This document shows, piece after piece, positions 58,643 through 64,000 of a stretch of DNA of 64,000 bases. The notes beneath the pieces were generated by a model, which worked only from the letters and a program-made list of their open reading frames with translations, did not search any database and was not told the DNA's origin. The stretch spans positions 32,001-96,000 of the IMG/VR virus record IMGVR_UViG_3300031576_000005, one strand, 5' to 3'. Position 1 is the first letter of the stretch. The number at the start of each line of letters is the position of its first letter. The position numbers and the translations under genes were made by a program. This DNA is from a virus.

Positions 58643-59662
58643 TTATTTTAATAGTCTAGTTAATTCACAACTCAACAAAACCGCACTTTTTTCCCAAGTA
58701 AATTGTTTAGCCGTTGTAACAGCATTTTTTGATAGATAATCGAGCCAGTCTTTTTCGGCGTGTCTCATTCTATACATAGCATTCATTAAATCTTTGTTAC
58801 CGGTTTCCGCCCAATATGCTGGTCGCGTGTAGCTATTCAAAGGAAACATATGGTTTCGACAACCTATGCTATTTAAAAAATTTAGATGCTCTTGAGTAAT
58901 CACTTGAATATTGTGTTCCACCGCGATGCCATTAAATTCATGTCTTAAAAATTCATCCATACCACAATATTTAATACCAATAAGTGGTTTTCCCATAGCC
59001 ATTGCTTCCAATGCCGGCATATTCCAGGTGCTGCTTCTACTTATAGATATCGCCACATCTGAATTGCTATATATTGTTTTTACATGGTCAAAGGATTGGG
59101 TATTATCCGTATCGTGAATAACATTCGCTTTATAAGTACTAGCTACGGCCTTTACGTAGTTTTTAAATTCGTCAGTTGCCATTCTATCTTTTAAATATAG
59201 TTCTACCGTTGGGTCTCCCTTAAATAGCGTACAAAAAGCATGCAAAACAACCTCCGCACCCGTTCGAGCGTTACTTTCGCTAAAGTGTAAAAATCTAAAT
59301 TTTTCTGAAGCTGACCTTGGGACTGGTTTAAATATTTCTGTATCGACTCCCAATGGGAAATATCCCACCTTATCATATGGATAACTATCCGTTATGAAAA
59401 AAAGATTATCCAAAGAGCAACCAATAATTGGTCGCCCATTGGCCATTTGGATGACTGGAAAAGGTAATACTGTCTCGTATACGCAAATAAAAGCATCTGT
59501 TTTATGTCCATAATCGTTACATGTTGTAGAGTAAACTACTGTTTTGCCATTTTCATCATAAAGTCCGGCTTTCTTAGCCCCCTCGTTGAGATTATTTATG
59601 ATAATGCTGCTACTAAAAAACGAGTTAGCAGAAATATCGCCTTTAACACAGAATTTATACAT
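58643..59662 (-). CDS. GT4 glycosyltransferase
   Basis: 'PLGVDTEIFKP', 'FRFLHFS..NARTG', 'STWNMPALEAMAMGKPLI'. Confidence 0.85.
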   Translation of the reverse strand: MYKFCVKGDISANSFFSSSIIINNLNEGAKKAGLYDENGKTVVYSTTCNDYGHKTDAFICVYETVLPFPVIQMANGRPIIGCSLDNLFFITDSYPYDKVGYFPLGVDTEIFKPVPRSASEKFRFLHFSESNARTGAEVVLHAFCTLFKGDPTVELYLKDRMATDEFKNYVKAVASTYKANVIHDTDNTQSFDHVKTIYSNSDVAISISRSSTWNMPALEAMAMGKPLIGIKYCGMDEFLRHEFNGIAVEHNIQVITQEHLNFLNSIGCRNHMFPLNSYTRPAYWAETGNKDLMNAMYRMRHAEKDWLDYLSKNAVTTAKQFTWEKSAVLLSCELTRLLK

Positions 59663-59720
59663 ATTTATTGTTTTTTTTCTTTTATATTATCTAATTTTTT
59701 CATATTATTGCGAGTTTAAA

Positions 59721-60062
59721 TTATTTTAAAAATTTTACCATATCTTTAATTGCTAATACAACACAGGCTATGAATGTACGACATTCGCCTTGAGCTTCTT
59801 CGGATAAAAGATTTTCATGGGTTTTCTTGTATCCAAAAATCATTTTCATAAAAGTAAAAACTTCGCTATTAACTCTAGAGTCTATAAGAAATAGGTGAGA
59901 TAAATTATGTCTTTTGAATTTTGCACTTAATTCAGCCGCCTCCGTCATAAGATTTTTAGTCTCTTCGTCTAGGGAATTGATATATTCAAGAGCCTTGGCC
60001 TTTTCTGATTCGACCATGGCCTCGATATGTTCTGGATTTTTAGGGATGTTTATTTCACTCAT
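59721..60062 (-). CDS. hypothetical protein
   Basis: 113-aa ORF with leaderless promoter. Confidence 0.6.
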   Translation of the reverse strand: MSEINIPKNPEHIEAMVESEKAKALEYINSLDEETKNLMTEAAELSAKFKRHNLSHLFLIDSRVNSEVFTFMKMIFGYKKTHENLLSEEAQGECRTFIACVVLAIKDMVKFLK

Positions 60063-60068
60063 ATATAT

Positions 60069-60097
60069 AACATAGCAAAGTTTTAGACCTAATGCAA
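60069..60097 (-). promoter_or_regulatory. sigma70-like promoter, leaderless
   Basis: TTGCAT-17-TATGTT with TG; ATG 6 nt after the -10. Confidence 0.65.
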
Positions 60098-60110
60098 CAA
60101 AATAATAAAA

Positions 60111-61160
60111 TTATTTTTCTAAAGCATCAAGCAATTGATTAAGAGAGTGTTTCCACGACCAATTATCTATAACTTCCTGTCGGCAAACTTTGGCTTTTTG
60201 TGCGTAAAAATCGTAATTATTTTTTATTTTAGATAATTTTTCATAAAAATCTGCGCCATCTAACCAGTTTATGTAAGCCAACCGTTCGTCTATCCACCCA
60301 TCTGGAAAATTCACGGGCAAGCCCCAATAATTTGAAACGATTTCTTTAAATTGCCCTAGTTCCATTCGTGAAACCATAACTTTTTCACAAGACGGATATA
60401 AATTAGTCGGACAATAATCGCATGTTATTACGGGAATTTCCATGGCGCTAGCCTCCGGAATACATAACCCAGCCGATGTATTATTTGGGCAATATGTTAA
60501 AACGTGGCACTTTGTAATTAATTCTCTCATTTCTGTCAAATCCATTCTCTTACAAATATATTCAACATTCATTCCTTTTTTTTTCATCTTTTCTACAAAA
60601 ATTGGTATCTTTTTAGCTCTATCGTCGGTATTCTTTATAATTAGCCGAACACTCTTATCATCGGCCCATAACGACATATACGCTTGCAGAACATGTTGTA
60701 TCCCCGACCTAAAATTCAAGCATATATTACTTAAAATTGTAAAATCATCGAATTTCTTAATTTGTTGTTGGGGGCACCAAAATTCTGTGTCGCACCCTAT
60801 ATCAATTGTTTTAGTGGGAAATCCATAGTTACTCCAAACATCCGCAATCTGTTTACTTAATCCACAAACGATATAGCGTTCATTTTCAAGCCTTTTACGA
60901 AAATTGATAAGAACATGGGGAAGAATGTTGCATTCCCATACATTGATTAATAATCTTATTTTATCTTCAAATCCAAACTCCCACTTTAAACCAGATGAAA
61001 AGACAACCGCATCTGTATCATTCTCATCACCCAATATATTCGTTTTTTTGAGTTCTTTATTTAAGTTCCAAAGAATTTGTCCAAAACTTCCCATATTTTG
61101 ATAATAACTCTCTCCCTCCGATTTTAATCGAGGGTCATCATCATAACAGAAAATTTTCAT
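60111..61160 (-). CDS. GT4 glycosyltransferase
   Basis: 'IGCDTEFW', 'NFRSG', 'SAGLCIPEASAMEIPVI', 'WSWK'. Confidence 0.8.
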   Translation of the reverse strand: MKIFCYDDDPRLKSEGESYYQNMGSFGQILWNLNKELKKTNILGDENDTDAVVFSSGLKWEFGFEDKIRLLINVWECNILPHVLINFRKRLENERYIVCGLSKQIADVWSNYGFPTKTIDIGCDTEFWCPQQQIKKFDDFTILSNICLNFRSGIQHVLQAYMSLWADDKSVRLIIKNTDDRAKKIPIFVEKMKKKGMNVEYICKRMDLTEMRELITKCHVLTYCPNNTSAGLCIPEASAMEIPVITCDYCPTNLYPSCEKVMVSRMELGQFKEIVSNYWGLPVNFPDGWIDERLAYINWLDGADFYEKLSKIKNNYDFYAQKAKVCRQEVIDNWSWKHSLNQLLDALEK

Positions 61161-61164
61161 AAAA

Positions 61165-61884
61165 TTAACACAAACTATTTATATATAATTTGAATTTTTT
61201 AAATTGTTCGGGTGTATTGTGGCGACTCCCGAAAATCTTATGAAAAAGAATATGAAGGTCTTTAGAAATAGTTATCCCGTTAGAGACATTAAAACGTTCT
61301 TCGGGGTAGTCAGCCCAGTTGTAGAGATGGTGGACTACAAGTTTTCCACCAACACTTCCGGTGATTTGACAAGTATAATTGTCTCGTGTATAAACTGATT
61401 TTCGCCATTCGTTAGTTTTAGAGTTATAATGCCTATCATTTTCTCTTTCCTCTTTAGTTAAATCATGTCGCCATAAGGGATTTTGCTCTCCAAATTTACC
61501 AAATCTTGGATGTTTTTCTCTCTTGGTGGCTAAACTCATTTTTTTACGAGCTTCTTCGGTATGTCGCCTGCCAAAATTATGAGATAATTCTCCTCTCTTA
61601 CCATATTGACAACTTTTTTCTCCTTTTTGAGAAGAACTAATTCTTTGTTTTGTTTCTTCTTTATGATGCTTTCCAAAGACGGGAGAAAGTTCTCCAGATT
61701 TTCCGAACATTGGATTTCTTTCACCTTTGCTAGCACAAGATTTACAATAATCTCGCCCATTTCCTTTTAATACTCCGTATTTATCTAAAATCCTTTCTTT
61801 GCCACAATCATCGCAACGAACCAAACTTTTGAGCCTCCTTCTCTTTTCTCCATATGTATTCAAAAAATTTAAACAAACAATCAT
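61165..61884 (-). CDS. NUMOD3/HNH endonuclease-like protein (copy 8)
   Basis: 'MIVCLNFLNTY..KSLVRCDDCG'; HHLYNW..SNG..H.LFH. Confidence 0.85.
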   Translation of the reverse strand: MIVCLNFLNTYGEKRRRLKSLVRCDDCGKERILDKYGVLKGNGRDYCKSCASKGERNPMFGKSGELSPVFGKHHKEETKQRISSSQKGEKSCQYGKRGELSHNFGRRHTEEARKKMSLATKREKHPRFGKFGEQNPLWRHDLTKEERENDRHYNSKTNEWRKSVYTRDNYTCQITGSVGGKLVVHHLYNWADYPEERFNVSNGITISKDLHILFHKIFGSRHNTPEQFKKFKLYINSLC

Positions 61885-61885
61885 A

Positions 61886-62149
61886 TTATTTATCCATCTC
61901 TTGCAAGAATTTCTTCATTCGTTCTACCTTTTCCGAATCTAGGCAAACATGGTCAGCCCAAGGTTTTCCAGTTCTAACAATCTGCCAAACCCATCTTATA
62001 CGCTCTCTCCAAGATAGTATTGGATTTGTCACCGATAATTCCCAGACTGATACGTATAATGTCTTATCTTCAATATCATAATCAAATTCTAATGCATGTT
62101 GGGTGCAATCACATCGGAAGAATTCATATTTATTATTCATAATCATCAT
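61886..62149 (-). CDS. hypothetical phage protein
   Basis: 'FFRCDCTQH...LSWRERIRW'. Confidence 0.6.
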   Translation of the reverse strand: MMIMNNKYEFFRCDCTQHALEFDYDIEDKTLYVSVWELSVTNPILSWRERIRWVWQIVRTGKPWADHVCLDSEKVERMKKFLQEMDK

Positions 62150-62324
62150 CTTTCATAGCTTTAATTCCAGCAATCCATCCCCTGATATAACCATACAGGA
62201 AGAATGACCAACATAAGGGGCCAAAAAACAGTATCATCCAAATATTCTTTATTGTCCATTTTGCTATAGGGCTACAAAGATACCCCATAACCGACCAACC
62301 TAATAATATTAAAAATAATATCAT
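62133..62324 (-). CDS. small two-TM membrane protein (paralog c)
   Basis: 'LGWSVMGYL...FFGPLCW'; ATGA overlap start. Confidence 0.6.
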   Translation of the reverse strand: MILFLILLGWSVMGYLCSPIAKWTIKNIWMILFFGPLCWSFFLYGYIRGWIAGIKAMKDDDYE

Positions 62325-62497
62325 AACTTCCTTCTTTCTATATAGTCTCGAATCCAGGCGTAAATAAAAATTAACCAAACAATTGGTCCGAAAAATATTA
62401 CTAATCTAATATTGGTGGCTTTCCATTCTATTATGGAGAGGAACAAATATCCAATTATTGACCAATTTAATAATAAAATAAATAAAATAGGCATCAT
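62321..62497 (-). CDS. small two-TM membrane protein (paralog b)
   Basis: 'NWSIIGYL...FFGPIVW'; GGGGGA SD. Confidence 0.6.
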   Translation of the reverse strand: MMPILFILLLNWSIIGYLFLSIIEWKATNIRLVIFFGPIVWLIFIYAWIRDYIERRKL

Positions 62498-62676
62498 AAT
62501 CTCCCCCTTAAGAATCTGATTATAGTTCGAAAAAACATAAAGACAAACATAGCCCAAACGATTGGCCCGCCAAGAAAGAAATATAGAACCTCCTCCCAGG
62601 CGGAATTAGTTGGCGTCTCCGAATAATATACACAGCCCAAAAACCCAACAATACTCCAAATAAGTAAAAATATCAT
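62494..62676 (-). CDS. small two-TM membrane protein (paralog a)
   Basis: 'IWSIVGFL...FFLGGPIVW'. Confidence 0.6.
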   Translation of the reverse strand: MIFLLIWSIVGFLGCVYYSETPTNSAWEEVLYFFLGGPIVWAMFVFMFFRTIIRFLRGRL

Positions 62677-62882
62677 ACCAGCTCCCCCTCTGATTGAAAG
62701 TTATATTGTTCATCGAAATTAGTTAAATGTTTATCAAGATTTGCTGTATTAATAATAAGCCAATCGCTTCTTTGAGAATAAAATTTTTGAATATAAGATT
62801 CCGCTTCAAAGATTGTTTTGAAGCCTGTTTTTGTTAGCCTCGAATAAACATCGGGGAGAAATAATGCTGTATAATTCTTCAT
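62673..62882 (-). CDS. hypothetical protein
   Basis: 69-aa ORF with leaderless promoter. Confidence 0.55.
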   Translation of the reverse strand: MKNYTALFLPDVYSRLTKTGFKTIFEAESYIQKFYSQRSDWLIINTANLDKHLTNFDEQYNFQSEGELV

Positions 62883-62888
62883 GTTCCA

Positions 62889-62917
62889 AATCTACCACTA
62901 TTTTTCTTTTTAGTCAA
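62889..62917 (-). promoter_or_regulatory. sigma70-like promoter, leaderless
   Basis: TTGACT-17-TAGATT with TG; ATG 6 nt after the -10. Confidence 0.7.
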
Positions 62918-62922
62918 TAGTT

Positions 62923-63216
62923 TTATTCGATATTAAATCTTTTTGTGGTTTGTGTATATTCTATGTCTTTTTCTTCTGGTGTTTTAGCCTCGACTGGTTT
63001 ATTACAATTTTTGAAGATATAGAGCCTTTCTGCTTTTCCTATTATTTCGTACTCTTCTATTAGGAACGGCTGGTTTGTTTTGGTCACATTTGCTTGAATC
63101 AGAGGCAGGGAGTCGATATAATATAGATGTTCAGAATCCTCTTCTAAGACGGCAACCAAAGATTCTAAGATATCCTGTTCAATTAAATATCCAGAAATTG
63201 TTCTGATTAGGTTCAT
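62923..63216 (-). CDS. hypothetical protein
   Basis: 97-aa ORF with ATGA overlap to the HNH gene. Confidence 0.55.
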   Translation of the reverse strand: MNLIRTISGYLIEQDILESLVAVLEEDSEHLYYIDSLPLIQANVTKTNQPFLIEEYEIIGKAERLYIFKNCNKPVEAKTPEEKDIEYTQTTKRFNIE

Positions 63217-63956
63217 GATAGAATATCTAAGATATATTTTTCGAATTGCTTGAATTGCGATGGGGTGTTATTCTTAATTCCGAAAATCATATGAAAAAGA
63301 ATATGAAGGTCTTTGGAAATTGTGATTCCGTTATTCATATCAAAGCGAAGCTCTGGATAATTCGCATAATTGTACAAGTGATGAGCTACAAGTTCGCCGC
63401 CTTTTCGTCCGGTGATTTGGTCAATATAGTCGTCTCGTTTAAAAACTTTATTTCTCCATTCTAATGTCTTAGGATTATAATTTCTGTTTTTATTGTTTTC
63501 CCTTTCTTGTTGTGTTAAATCATCTCGCCACATAGGGTTTTTATTTCCTAAGTGAGATAATCTAATTTTTTCCAGATGCTCTTTGGTGTGGTGTTTTCCA
63601 TAAAATCCGGCGTCTTTACCATATCTACCGAACATAGCATTCTTTTCTCCGCTTCGTGCTTCGCTCATTTTTTTACGAGTTTCTTCAGAGGCTTTCTTCC
63701 CATAATTATTACCTTTACCTCCCTTTTGAGCTTCGCTAATTTTCTTACATCTTTCCAAAGAATAATGTTTACCATAGTTATAGGATTTTTCTCCCTTCGT
63801 GCAACAAGAAGCACAAAAACTAACTCCAACCCCTCGCTTTGCAGAGCCTTTTCTAATAATTCTTTCTTTTCCACAATCATCACACCGAACCAGACTTTTT
63901 ATAATAGTTCTTTTTCCATCTTCATATGTATTCAAAAAGTCTAAACAAACTATCAT
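63213..63956 (-). CDS. NUMOD3/HNH endonuclease-like protein (copy 9)
   Basis: 'MIVCLDFLNTY..KSLVRCDDCG' (start at the TAATATG junction); HHLYNY..NNG..H.LFH. Confidence 0.85.
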   Translation of the reverse strand: MIVCLDFLNTYEDGKRTIIKSLVRCDDCGKERIIRKGSAKRGVGVSFCASCCTKGEKSYNYGKHYSLERCKKISEAQKGGKGNNYGKKASEETRKKMSEARSGEKNAMFGRYGKDAGFYGKHHTKEHLEKIRLSHLGNKNPMWRDDLTQQERENNKNRNYNPKTLEWRNKVFKRDDYIDQITGRKGGELVAHHLYNYANYPELRFDMNNGITISKDLHILFHMIFGIKNNTPSQFKQFEKYILDILS

Positions 63957-64000
63957 ATTATTTGACAATTATTTCTTTGTTATTGTTTTTTAATGATTCA

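Noticed and set aside
4833-59292. Extra AGTGTAA matches at ~4833, ~37072, ~53690 and ~59284
   Set aside because: Mid-gene, deviant 3' bases or antisense orientation; probably chance, so not counted as promoters.
1-64000. CRISPR array, DGR/retron reverse transcriptase, integrase, standalone tRNAs
   Set aside because: I saw no repeat-spacer array, no RT (YxDD) ORF, no recombinase motif, and no cloverleaf other than the tmRNA ends.
1-64000. Stop-codon reassignment
   Set aside because: Code 11 gives dense, full-length genes; TAA, TAG and TGA all end genes at sensible junctions.

Overview
AT-rich 64 kb fragment of a large tailed dsDNA phage. No sheath gene is visible, so it is probably siphovirus-like; standard genetic code. 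The + strand carries, in order: the end of a fibre gene and a sulfotransferase; a head module (prohead protease with a nested scaffold ORF, decoration protein, major capsid); neck/tail genes with a 2021-aa tape measure; tail-tip and fibre genes; a replication module (DnaB, DnaG, PD-(D/E)XK nuclease, DnaE split in two around an adenine methyltransferase cassette, SSB); an intein-containing GT4/GT9 glycosyltransferase pair; a recombinase-like protein; and a lipoprotein. From ~54.2 kb the - strand carries a CPBP/CAAX protease, a tmRNA, gmd, a metallophosphoesterase, two more GT4s and small genes. Nine paralogous Zn-finger/NUMOD3/HNH endonuclease genes sit between genes. Most notable: (1) strong [S/T]-G enrichment in a subset of virion proteins together with a phage-encoded glycosylation/sulfation toolkit, a candidate virion O-glycosylation system; (2) the HNH expansion with variable repeat number; (3) an intein-less split DnaE; (4) a tmRNA with a long tag and a duplicated 3' end; (5) two promoter classes, leaderless sigma70-like and a phage AGTGTAA motif; (6) apparent GATC avoidance. 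All calls are by eye from motifs and synteny; no searches were run.
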